Origin: an uncultured Gammaproteobacteria bacterium
Lineage (GTDB): Bacteria > Patescibacteriota > Microgenomatia > Levybacterales > UBA12049
Assembly (NCBI GenBank): GCA_964635045.1
Contig: CAZWMJ010000003.1
Coordinates: forward strand, 12,011 to 76,010
Direction of reading: 5' to 3'
DNA: 64,000 nt
The position numbers and the translations under genes are program-made. Below the pieces are notes generated by a model. That model was not told where the DNA came from and made no database searches. It worked only from the letters and a program-made list of their open reading frames with translations. Below are positions 10,432-18,620 of the stretch, piece by piece; the first letter of the stretch is position 1, and every line of letters begins with the position of its first letter.

Positions 10432-11022
10432 TTATTGGGCGGAGGGCGAAGCCGCGTTTGACGCGGGCGGGGCGGTAGCCGCGTTTGACGCTGCGGGTAA
10501 TATTAATATCACCCGTTCTACGTCGGTTTTGGCCCCGCCTGACGCTGAAAAAGAAACTACCACCAGCACATTATTTCCTATTTTAATATTATCGACGGTG
10601 GTGGGATTAAGTTTGGCGTTTGGCTCATCCAGTCTTATAAAATAATAGACTTTTTTCCCTCCGTCATTTCTTAGCGTTACGGTCTTGCCGTTTTTCTCCA
10701 GAGTCCAGCTTTGATTCTCCACCATGCTTTTAAGCGCGCCGCTGTAGGTCTGGGTGATTTTGGTTTGGGTAATAAGGCCTTTGGAGTTTTGGATGGCGTT
10801 TTGGGCTTTTTGAAAGCCGTTGGCCGGTTGTTTCAATTGAGTAAGAGAAGCTTTTGTTGTTTCCGCCCCCTTTTTACCAACCGATTGCTGAAGACCTAAA
10901 AAATATCCTCCAATAGCGATAATGAAAGCCATCACCCCCAGCGATAAATAGACCATAAAAACGTGTTTGGCGGAATTTTCAGAATTTGCCCCGCTCAGCG
11001 GGGTTGAGACTGGTTGATCCAT
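10432..11022 (-). CDS. Hypothetical membrane protein with Ala/Pro/Ser-rich C-terminus
   Basis: The internal Met at 11022 is the chosen start, because the longer ORF to 11157 would overlap the next gene. Single TM helix (VFMVYLSLGVMAFIIAIGGYFLG). The 3' end overlaps tandem GCGTTTGACGC hairpins. Confidence 0.3.
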   Translation of the reverse strand: MDQPVSTPLSGANSENSAKHVFMVYLSLGVMAFIIAIGGYFLGLQQSVGKKGAETTKASLTQLKQPANGFQKAQNAIQNSKGLITQTKITQTYSGALKSMVENQSWTLEKNGKTVTLRNDGGKKVYYFIRLDEPNAKLNPTTVDNIKIGNNVLVVVSFSASGGAKTDVERVILILPAASNAATAPPASNAASPSAQ

Positions 11023-11052
11023 GCTGTATTTTATAGTGTCACAGTCATTTTC

Positions 11053-11078
11053 AAATGTCAAGCCCCCGCCAAAGGCGG
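11053..11078 (-). terminator. Rho-independent terminator candidate
   Basis: Perfect 9-bp GC stem gcccccgcc-aaa-ggcgggggc immediately downstream of the stop of the 11117..11767 gene. On the minus strand it is followed by a T-rich tract. Confidence 0.45.
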
Positions 11079-11116
11079 GGGCGCAGACCCTGAGCGAACG
11101 AAGTGAGTCGAAGGGG

Positions 11117-11767
11117 TCAAGTATAAGATTTGAGAAGAGCGAAGGCTTTATTAACATATTCTTCTTTGACTACCAGCGTCAGTTCATTGTGAGTGGAGAT
11201 GATTTCAATAACATTGATGCCCTCCCAGGCCAGCAGTTTTAAGATGGCGTAGTAAACTCCCGGCCTTTCCACAGTGTTTCTTGGCAGAAGAAGGGTGATG
11301 GAGGATAAACCCTCTATCTTTGCCACCAGTTTTTCGTCCGCAAAAATGCCCTCCAATTTTTTGACAATGCCGCGGCTTATAATAAAGGTGGTTTCTCTTA
11401 CTCCCTGAGCCAAATTGCAAAGTATGTCGCGGTCTGTTTTTATAGCGGAAAATAATTCATGTTGTTTTTCGGTCATGGTTGCGGAGTTTATGAAGGTAAA
11501 TCCCACTAGATTGAGGCGAACAGTCAGATCTCCCAGATTTATTTTTTGATTCATCTTTGGGTTTGGATCGTTTTTGAGTTTATCGCTGACTCTTTTTAAG
11601 GCCATCACGATCGCCCCTCTTTTGACATCTTTGAGCAGTTTTTTTTGAATCTGTTCTCTCAGGTCTCTGGCCAGAGCGGAGAAGCTTATGATATCGCGAG
11701 TTAAAGCATACTCCAAAAAGGGAGTAGTTTTGACTATTTCTTCCACAACCTGTGCTGTGCTAATCAT
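11117..11767 (-). CDS. Uncharacterised ~215-aa protein, paralog of the 22043..22687 product
   Basis: 216 aa. Clear similarity to the 22043..22687 product in the N-terminal 45 residues (VVEEIVKTTPFLEYALTRDIISFSALARDLREQIQKK versus VSEIIKTDELGLEAFRAGILNLSAYAEKIQKRVEAI) and in overall length. Divergent from the lysW cluster. Confidence 0.45.
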   Translation of the reverse strand: MISTAQVVEEIVKTTPFLEYALTRDIISFSALARDLREQIQKKLLKDVKRGAIVMALKRVSDKLKNDPNPKMNQKINLGDLTVRLNLVGFTFINSATMTEKQHELFSAIKTDRDILCNLAQGVRETTFIISRGIVKKLEGIFADEKLVAKIEGLSSITLLLPRNTVERPGVYYAILKLLAWEGINVIEIISTHNELTLVVKEEYVNKAFALLKSYT

Positions 11768-11805
11768 ATTTTATTTTTACTCGCGGGTCCTGCCAATAAT
11801 ATCGC

Positions 11806-11907
11806 TCAGGGTCCTGTCGCGGGTTCCTTTCCCGCCAGTGCTCGTTCTAGTGAAGCAAGCTTCAACGAACTGCGCGCTGTCGGGAGCCCTTCCACCCGCG
11901 CCACCCC
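11806..11907 (+). repeat. RPE-like ~100-bp repeat element, copy A
   Basis: Core gggtcctgtc...cagtgctcgttctagtgaagcaagcttcaacgaactgcgcgctgtcgggagccc shared with the 26342, 28307 and 63659 copies. Flanked by direct repeats tttttactcgcg (11775-11786 and 11913-11924). Confidence 0.7.
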
Positions 11908-11980
11908 TCGCTTTTTTACTCGCGTCACCCGCCCTGCTTACCTAACTTCTGTGACAAGTGTAACACTTATTGTCAATTTT

Positions 11981-12030
11981 GTCAAAATTAGGCAAAAAGT
12001 TGACAAATTGTATGATTAGATATATAGTAA
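11981..12030 (+). promoter_or_regulatory. Candidate promoter/operator for lysW
   Basis: TTGACA(11999-12004)-N17-TATAGT sigma70-like pair. Motif gtcaaaattaggcaaaaagttgacaaatt is shared with 27808-27835 upstream of the wecB-like gene. Confidence 0.35.
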
Positions 12031-12038
12031 CCTGCATT

Positions 12039-12239
12039 ATGATAAATGGCAATGGTAATAAATCTTTAACTGGCGCCTGCGCTGTTTGCGACGCGCAGAT
12101 TTCCCACGCCGATTCGCTGGAACAATCGGAAATTATTCTTTGTCCCGAGTGCAAAAGCAGATTAGTGGTGGAAAGCATTAAAGGAAGTCAGTTTGTCTTA
12201 TCACAGGCTCCAGAGGTTGAGGAAGATTGGGGAGAATAG
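12039..12239 (+). CDS. lysW: Amino-group carrier protein LysW (alpha-aminoadipate/glutamate carrier)
   Basis: Four-Cys zinc ribbon CAVC...CPEC and the diagnostic C-terminal EDWGE tail. The ORF track gives 11970..12239. The internal Met at 12039 gives a 66-aa product of typical LysW size. Confidence 0.7.
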   Translation: MINGNGNKSLTGACAVCDAQISHADSLEQSEIILCPECKSRLVVESIKGSQFVLSQAPEVEEDWGE

Positions 12240-12246
12240 GATTTTC

Positions 12247-13089
12247 ATGAAACTTGCTATTCTTCACTCAACAATCAGGGCTGAGGAAAAACTCCTCATG
12301 GAAGCCTCCAAAGAACGCAAAATTGACATTGTTCTCATCGATATTCGAGATCAGATATTTAATCCTGCGACCTACAAAGTTGATTTTGACATCGCTTTGG
12401 AACGCAGTGTTTCCTCGGTTAAGGGCATGTACGCCACCCAATTTTTGGAGTCTTTGGGAGTGCCGGTGGTTAATACTTCCCGCATTGCCGCTATCTGCCA
12501 GGACAAATTTCTGACTTCTCTCTCTCTGAAAAGAGCCGGCGTTCCCACCCCCAAGTTTGCTCTGGTTTTTTCCGAACGGCAGGCGATTGAGGCGGTGGAA
12601 GAGCTGGGAGGATATCCGGTGGTAGTCAAGCCCAATTTAGGTTCGTGGGGCAGGCTGGTGGCCAAAGTGAACGATCAAGACGCGCTGGAGGCGATTATCG
12701 AACAAAAAACCACTCTGGGCGGCCCCCATCATCAGGCCATTTATGTGCAGGAGTATATTGAAAAACCGGGCCGCGATATCCGTATTCATGTGATTGGAGG
12801 GAAAGTAATAGCCGCCATTTATCGGCAAAGCGAGCATTGGATTACCAATACGGCCCGGGGAGCAGAAGCCATTGCCTGTAAAATAGACAATGAGCTCTCC
12901 GTTATTGCCGAAAAAGCGGCCGGCTCGATTGGAGTGGGTGTTTTGGGACTGGATATTCTGGAGACCAAGACCGGATATGTGGCTAATGAAGTTAATCATA
13001 CCATGGAGTTTAAAAACGTTCAGCGCGTGACCAAAATAGACATTGCCGGCACCATTCTTAATTACTGTATGTCTGTTGTCAAAAAATGA
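12247..13089 (+). CDS. lysX: RimK/LysX-type ATP-grasp ligase (LysW gamma-glutamyl ligase)
   Basis: MKLAILHS... start 8 nt after the lysW stop. ATP-grasp blocks: VVVKPNLGSWGRLV, IYVQEYIEKPGRDIRIHVIGGKV, YVANEVN. About 280 aa. Confidence 0.8.
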   Translation: MKLAILHSTIRAEEKLLMEASKERKIDIVLIDIRDQIFNPATYKVDFDIALERSVSSVKGMYATQFLESLGVPVVNTSRIAAICQDKFLTSLSLKRAGVPTPKFALVFSERQAIEAVEELGGYPVVVKPNLGSWGRLVAKVNDQDALEAIIEQKTTLGGPHHQAIYVQEYIEKPGRDIRIHVIGGKVIAAIYRQSEHWITNTARGAEAIACKIDNELSVIAEKAAGSIGVGVLGLDILETKTGYVANEVNHTMEFKNVQRVTKIDIAGTILNYCMSVVKK

Positions 13090-14135
13090 AAAAAATTACC
13101 GTTTCTATTATTGGGGCGTCTGGTTATGCCGGAGGAGAACTGCTTCGGATTTTGCTGTTTCACCCAAGTGTTGTGGTGGCGCAGGCGACGTCGAGAAAGT
13201 TGGCCGGACAGCCGGTCGGAACAGCCCATCCCAATTTAAGAGGAGTTACCGATTTGGTTTTTTGCGATCCCCAAGAGCTAAAAGCTTGCGATGTGCTTTT
13301 TGTGTCATTGCCCAATACCGTTTCCATGGGGCACATGAAAGATTATCAAAAAATTGCCCCCAAAATTATTGATTTGGGAGCGGATTTTCGGCTTAACACC
13401 GAGGAGTCATTTACCAATTTGTACAAAAAAGCGCATCCGCTGCCCGCTCTTTTGCCAAAATTTGTCTATGGACTGAGCGAACTGCATCGAGCGGAAATTA
13501 AAAAAGCCGACTATGTGGCCTGCGGAGGCTGTGAGGCCACCGTTTCCATTTTAACTTTATATCCGCTCATCAAGCATCATTTAATTGAAGAAACATCAAT
13601 TATCATTGACGCCAAAATGAGCAGCTCGCAGGGAGGCAATGAGGTTAATTCTTCTTCGCATCATCCGGAAAGAGCGGGGGTGGTGCGTTCCTACAAGCCG
13701 GTCGATCACAGACACTGGGCGGAAATTGAACAGGAACTTGCGCCTTTTGCCCCCCATATTAAAGTGGCGGTTTCTGCCACCACCATTGAGATGGTGCGAG
13801 GGTTGCTAGTGACTATTCACACTAAGCCGGTGAAAGGAGTTTTGGAAAAAGACATTTGGAGAGCGTACAGAGCAGAGTATGGTCAGGAGCCGTTTATCCG
13901 CATTATCAAAGAGGCCAACGGGAATTATCGCTATCCGGAGCCCAAAATTCTTACAGGAACAAATTATTGCGACATTGGTTTTTCCCTAAGCGAGCGGGAG
14001 GGCAGGCTGGTGGCTATTGGAGCTATTGACAATCTGGGCAAGGGGACGGCCGGGCAGGCGGTGCAGGCGATGAATTTGATGTGTGGCTTCACCGAAACAG
14101 CGGGCCTCACTTTTCCAGGAATTCACCCTATATAA
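13086..14135 (+). CDS. argC: N-acetyl-gamma-glutamyl-phosphate reductase family (ArgC/LysY)
   Basis: VSIIGASGYAGGELLRIL NAD-binding start, catalytic Cys region ACGGCEAT. 349 aa. 4-nt overlap with lysX. Confidence 0.85.
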   Translation: MKKITVSIIGASGYAGGELLRILLFHPSVVVAQATSRKLAGQPVGTAHPNLRGVTDLVFCDPQELKACDVLFVSLPNTVSMGHMKDYQKIAPKIIDLGADFRLNTEESFTNLYKKAHPLPALLPKFVYGLSELHRAEIKKADYVACGGCEATVSILTLYPLIKHHLIEETSIIIDAKMSSSQGGNEVNSSSHHPERAGVVRSYKPVDHRHWAEIEQELAPFAPHIKVAVSATTIEMVRGLLVTIHTKPVKGVLEKDIWRAYRAEYGQEPFIRIIKEANGNYRYPEPKILTGTNYCDIGFSLSEREGRLVAIGAIDNLGKGTAGQAVQAMNLMCGFTETAGLTFPGIHPI

Positions 14136-14138
14136 CTT

Positions 14139-14933
14139 ATGATTATCTTAAAAGTTGGCGGGGGTAAAAACATTAACTGGGATTATATTGCTTCGGATAT
14201 CAAAAATCTTGGCGAAAAAGTGGTTATTGTCCACGGCGCCAACGTGTGGATGAGAGAAATTTCGGAAAAATTGGGTCTGCCGGAGAAAATAATCACCTCC
14301 CCTTCCGGTTTTACCAGCCGCTACACAGATAGTAAAGTGATGGAAGGTTTGACGATGATTTACAGCGGACTGATAAATAAAAAAATTGTAGCCACTTTAC
14401 AAAAACACGGTGTTAATGCGGTAGGCCTGACAGGCGCGGACGGGAAATTATGGCTGGGAAAAAGAAAAGAGATTATTTACGAAAAAGCAGGTGACAAAGT
14501 AAAAATAATTCGCGATTCGCTGACCGGCAATGTGGTTTCGGTAAATGTCTCACTTTTAACGTTACTTATTAAAGAAGGTTATACGCCGGTTATAACTATT
14601 CCCGCTATTACCGACAAGGGCGAACTTATCAATGTAGATAACGATCGGGCGGTGGCGGTAATGGTCAAAGCGCTTTCCGTCGCAAAAGTGGTGATGCTGT
14701 TTGAGGCTTCGGGCCTTTTGGCAGATAATGAAGACGAATCTTCCAAAATATCATCAATTGAAAAGCAAAAGCTGGATAGTTTTTTGGAAAAAGCTCATGG
14801 CAGAATACGTAAAAAATTGTTGGGTGCCAAAGAGGCCATACTTCATGGCGCCAAACATGTTTATTTTGGCGATGGCAGAATTGCGCATCCTGTCAAAGAA
14901 GCGCTTTTGGGAAAGGGAACGGTGATTCAATGA
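14139..14933 (+). CDS. argB: Amino-acid kinase family, acetylglutamate kinase-like (ArgB/LysZ)
   Basis: MIILKVGGG...VIVHGAN start; carbamate/amino-acid kinase fold motifs. 264 aa. Confidence 0.8.
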   Translation: MIILKVGGGKNINWDYIASDIKNLGEKVVIVHGANVWMREISEKLGLPEKIITSPSGFTSRYTDSKVMEGLTMIYSGLINKKIVATLQKHGVNAVGLTGADGKLWLGKRKEIIYEKAGDKVKIIRDSLTGNVVSVNVSLLTLLIKEGYTPVITIPAITDKGELINVDNDRAVAVMVKALSVAKVVMLFEASGLLADNEDESSKISSIEKQKLDSFLEKAHGRIRKKLLGAKEAILHGAKHVYFGDGRIAHPVKEALLGKGTVIQ

Positions 14934-16075
14934 ACGATTATTTGGTGGCTTCTTATCCGAATCGGGGAGTGACATTTGTGTCAGGGGCGGGACCATATTT
15001 TTTGGACCAAAACAAAGTGAAATATCTTGATTTGGGAAGCAATTACGGCGTTAATATTTTCGGTTTCACTCACCCAAGAATAACAAAAGCTTTGGAAATT
15101 CAGCTGGGTAAAATTACCAACATTCACGGTTCGTTTGGCAGTGATGTCAGAAGTCGCGCGGCAGAAGAGCTGGTTAAGCGCTGTGGCGGAGGGCTTGCCC
15201 GGGTTTTTTTCTCCAATTCAGGTTCGGAAGCGATAGAGGCGGCGATTAAATTTGCCCATCTGTTTAGCGGTAAATCTCATTTTGTCGCCATGGAAAATGG
15301 CTATCATGGGAAGACATTGGGAGCGTTATCGGCTACAGGTAGCGGAAAATATCGCGTTCCCTTCCTGCCGCTGTTGTGGAATTTCAGCCATGTTGTTTTT
15401 GGCGATCAAAATTCCTTAAAGAAAAGTATTCGTCCGGACACGGCCGCTATTATTCTGGAACCGATTCAGGGAGAGGGAGGAATTGTTCTTCCTCCAAAAG
15501 GCTATCTTAAATTTGCGCAAAAACTGTGTCAAGAAAAAGGCATACTTTTGATTACCGATGAAATTCAAACAGGGTTGGGCAGGACCGGCACTTTTTTGGC
15601 AGGCGAGCAGGACAATTTAACGCCCGATATTCTGTGTTTGGGAAAAGGACTGGCAGGAGGAATTCCGATTGGAGCAACGCTCACGACAGAAGAAATTGCC
15701 CAAAAAATACCGCTTCATGTTCACACATCGACATTCAGCGGCAATCCACTCTCCTGCGCCGGCGTTTTGGCGGTTTTGAAAGAATTTGAAGACGGAAAAG
15801 TGCTTGCTCATGTCAGAGAAACAGGAGAATATTTTTTATCAGAGCTTAAAAAAATAAAACATCCAAAGATTGTAGCGGTTCGGGGAATTGGTTTGATGTT
15901 GGCAATAGAATTATCGGAGAATGCCACTCCCGTTCTTAAAGCTTTACAGAATGAAAAAATCATCGCCATTCCGGCCGGAGCAAATATCATTCGTTTCCTG
16001 CCCTCATACCTGATTACCAAAAAAGAAATAGACAGGGCAGTTTCAGTTTTACGAACTATTTTTAATAACTTTTGA
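14930..16075 (+). CDS. argD: Class-III PLP aminotransferase (acetylornithine aminotransferase ArgD/LysJ)
   Basis: GSEAIEAAIKFA, LITDEIQTGLGRTG, FSGNPLSCAGVLAVL are class-III aminotransferase blocks. 381 aa. 4-nt overlap with the upstream gene. Confidence 0.85.
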   Translation: MNDYLVASYPNRGVTFVSGAGPYFLDQNKVKYLDLGSNYGVNIFGFTHPRITKALEIQLGKITNIHGSFGSDVRSRAAEELVKRCGGGLARVFFSNSGSEAIEAAIKFAHLFSGKSHFVAMENGYHGKTLGALSATGSGKYRVPFLPLLWNFSHVVFGDQNSLKKSIRPDTAAIILEPIQGEGGIVLPPKGYLKFAQKLCQEKGILLITDEIQTGLGRTGTFLAGEQDNLTPDILCLGKGLAGGIPIGATLTTEEIAQKIPLHVHTSTFSGNPLSCAGVLAVLKEFEDGKVLAHVRETGEYFLSELKKIKHPKIVAVRGIGLMLAIELSENATPVLKALQNEKIIAIPAGANIIRFLPSYLITKKEIDRAVSVLRTIFNNF

Positions 16076-16108
16076 GCTTTAAGCTTTGCGCTTTGAGCTT
16101 TATTTACC

Positions 16109-16789
16109 GTGTGCAGATTTTTACTTGTCAGATCAGAAAAAAAGATAAAGCCGCAAAAATTACTTAGCCAGTTTGCCAGCATGTGTCAAAAAAGCCGGGC
16201 GCCGGACGGGGATTGGCAGGGAGACGGATGGGGAATGGCATACAAAACTCAAAACTCAAAACTCAAAACTCAAAACTGGCAAATACATAAATCACTAAAG
16301 CCGATATGGGAGGAACGAGATAAATTTGGGCAGTTTGAAGAAACCAATGTATTTGTAGCTCATGCCAGAAGCGCCGGCTTCCCGCAACACAAAGGAAATA
16401 TTGCGTTTAATCAGCCTTTTATCGATAATGACCTGTGTTTTGTTTTTAACGGTCTGATTCGTGGTGTCACCGTTCAAAGAAAACTCAAAGGAGAAATCGG
16501 GGCGCAGAAGATTTTTAGTCTTATTCTTGAGGAGTTAGGTAGCAGTAAACCCGATGAGGTTCTTAAAACAGTTGACAAGTTGATTGTTGCCAACTCCAAA
16601 AAAATTACGGGGATGAATATCGGCTTGGCCAGAAATAACAAATTTTACCTTTTGTGCGAGTATGACGGTAACGCTTCTTATTTTGCTGTCAGATATTTTC
16701 AAAACAATGATTTAACGATTGTTTGTTCGGAACCAATCGGCAAATACGAGTGGAAAACAATGCAAAAAGGCGAGATTCTGGTATTGTAA
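16109..16789 (+). CDS. YafJ-type class-II glutamine amidotransferase-like Ntn hydrolase
   Basis: N-terminal Met-Cys nucleophile (MCRFLLV). DGDWQGDGWGMAY and HARSAGFP...NQPF blocks are typical of YafJ/class-II GATase domains. Contains an in-frame (AAAACTC)n tract at 16238-16275. Confidence 0.55.
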   Translation: MCRFLLVRSEKKIKPQKLLSQFASMCQKSRAPDGDWQGDGWGMAYKTQNSKLKTQNWQIHKSLKPIWEERDKFGQFEETNVFVAHARSAGFPQHKGNIAFNQPFIDNDLCFVFNGLIRGVTVQRKLKGEIGAQKIFSLILEELGSSKPDEVLKTVDKLIVANSKKITGMNIGLARNNKFYLLCEYDGNASYFAVRYFQNNDLTIVCSEPIGKYEWKTMQKGEILVL

Positions 16790-16797
16790 CTCATCGT

Positions 16798-18597
16798 ATG
16801 AGAATAAAAGAAGAATTACAACGGGTAATTAAGCAGATTGTAAGCGATCTGGGGGTGGAGGGGATAGAGCCGGTGATGGAGACGCCGGCTGTGCCGTCAC
16901 ATGGAGACTATTCGACAAATATTGCTATGGCAATATTCTCTAATTCAAAATTCAAAATTCAAAATTCAAAACTACAAGTCAAAACTCAAAAATATAAAAG
17001 TCCACTAGAGCTTGCCGAAGCCATTGCCGAATTGCTTAATACTAAATACCAAATACCAAATACTGACCTCATTGAGGCGGTCGCGCCCGGTTTTATCAAT
17101 TTCCATCTCTCCAAAGACTATTTGGTCGGTCGATTAAATGATCCGCTGTCTGAAAAAGAAAAGTTTGGGCAAACCGCTAGATTAAAAGATAAAAGTATCA
17201 TTGTAGAATTTACCGATCCAAATCCATTCAAAGAGTTCCATATTGGACATCTTTACAGCAATGTTGTGGGTGAGTCTTTATGCCGGCTTTTGGAAGCAAA
17301 TGGAGCGCGGGTTATGCGGGCAAACTATCAGGGAGATGTGGGGATGCACGTTGCAAAAGCCCTTTATGGGCTTTTGCAAAACTTAGAACTTAGAACTCCC
17401 CACTTCGCTAAAGCTTCGCGGGGCAAGCAGAACTCAGAACTGGATAAGAAACCACTCGATGAACGGGCAAAACTTTTGGGCGAGGCGTATGCGTTGGGAG
17501 CAAAAGCTTACGAGGGAGATGAGACGGCCAAAAAAGAGATAAACGAGCTCAACAAAAAAATTTACCAGAAAGAGCCGGAGATAATGGATCTTTATGAAAA
17601 GGGGAGGCAGTGGAGTTTGGATTATTTTGAAACTATTTACAAGCGTTTGGGAACTAAGTTTGATTTCTATTATTTTGAGAGTAAGGTGGGAGAGATTGGC
17701 TTAAAACTGGTCAAACAGTATGTCAGTGAAGGAATTTTTGAGGAAAGCGAGGGGGCGGTGGTTTTTCCGGGCAAACAATTTGGTCTTCATACCAGAGTTT
17801 TTATTAACTCCCAGGGATTTCCGACCTATGAGGCAAAAGAGCTTGGGCTTGCTCCCACCAAATATGAGGATTTTCCCTACGATCAATCTATTATCGTCAC
17901 CGGTAATGAGATTATTGAATACTTCAAGGTGCTGATGGCGGCTCTTGCCAAGATTCGGCCCGACTTGGCTTTGAAAACCAAACATATTCCTCATGGCATG
18001 GTGCGGCTTAAGCAGGGGAAGATGAGTAGCAGAACCGGCGATGTGGTGACAGGGCAGTGGCTGTTGGATGAGACTAAAGGAAAAATAAAAGAGCGGTTTT
18101 CGGAAATTAAGGATGAGGTGGCAGAGCAGGTGGCGGTGGGAGCGGTTAAGTACGCTCTGTTAAAAAGCGGTTTGGGCAGAGACATCGTTTTTGATTTTGA
18201 AGAATCAATCAATTTAGAAGGCAACAGCGGGCCGTATTTGCAGTATACGTACGCTCGTACACGTAGTGTACTCGCAAAATCTAGAATTCAGAATTCAGAA
18301 TTCAGAATTAGCCTCGCAAGGTCTCACCTTGCGAGGCTAGAAGTTGAGGAATTAGTTCTTCTTCGTCTGCTTCATAGATTTCCGGAAGTAGTGGGGGAGG
18401 CGGCGGAGAAATTTACTCCCAATTTTTTGTGCAATTATCTTTTTAATTTAGCCCAAGCCTTTAATCTCTTTTACCAAAAACACCAAATTATCGGCAGTCA
18501 ACAAGAGGCTTTTCGTTTATCCCTCACTCGTGCTATCGGCCAAACTCTCAAAGAAGGATTAGATCTTTTGGGGATTGTCGCCCCCCAGAGAATGTGA
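16798..18597 (+). CDS. argS: Arginyl-tRNA synthetase
   Basis: Class-I HIGH motif FHIGHLYSNVVGESL; KMSSRTGD (KMSK-type) motif; DALR anticodon-binding C-terminus. Start moved to the ATG at 16798 just after the upstream stop. Carries several in-frame heptamer tracts and a 13-bp palindrome. Confidence 0.9.
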   Translation: MRIKEELQRVIKQIVSDLGVEGIEPVMETPAVPSHGDYSTNIAMAIFSNSKFKIQNSKLQVKTQKYKSPLELAEAIAELLNTKYQIPNTDLIEAVAPGFINFHLSKDYLVGRLNDPLSEKEKFGQTARLKDKSIIVEFTDPNPFKEFHIGHLYSNVVGESLCRLLEANGARVMRANYQGDVGMHVAKALYGLLQNLELRTPHFAKASRGKQNSELDKKPLDERAKLLGEAYALGAKAYEGDETAKKEINELNKKIYQKEPEIMDLYEKGRQWSLDYFETIYKRLGTKFDFYYFESKVGEIGLKLVKQYVSEGIFEESEGAVVFPGKQFGLHTRVFINSQGFPTYEAKELGLAPTKYEDFPYDQSIIVTGNEIIEYFKVLMAALAKIRPDLALKTKHIPHGMVRLKQGKMSSRTGDVVTGQWLLDETKGKIKERFSEIKDEVAEQVAVGAVKYALLKSGLGRDIVFDFEESINLEGNSGPYLQYTYARTRSVLAKSRIQNSEFRISLARSHLARLEVEELVLLRLLHRFPEVVGEAAEKFTPNFLCNYLFNLAQAFNLFYQKHQIIGSQQEAFRLSLTRAIGQTLKEGLDLLGIVAPQRM

Positions 18598-18620
18598 TAT
18601 GATACGATACCTTTTGATAT

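Noticed and set aside
12372-12999. Antisense ORFs (97 and 120 aa) inside lysX
   Set aside because: They are shadow ORFs on the opposite strand of a well-supported ATP-grasp gene.
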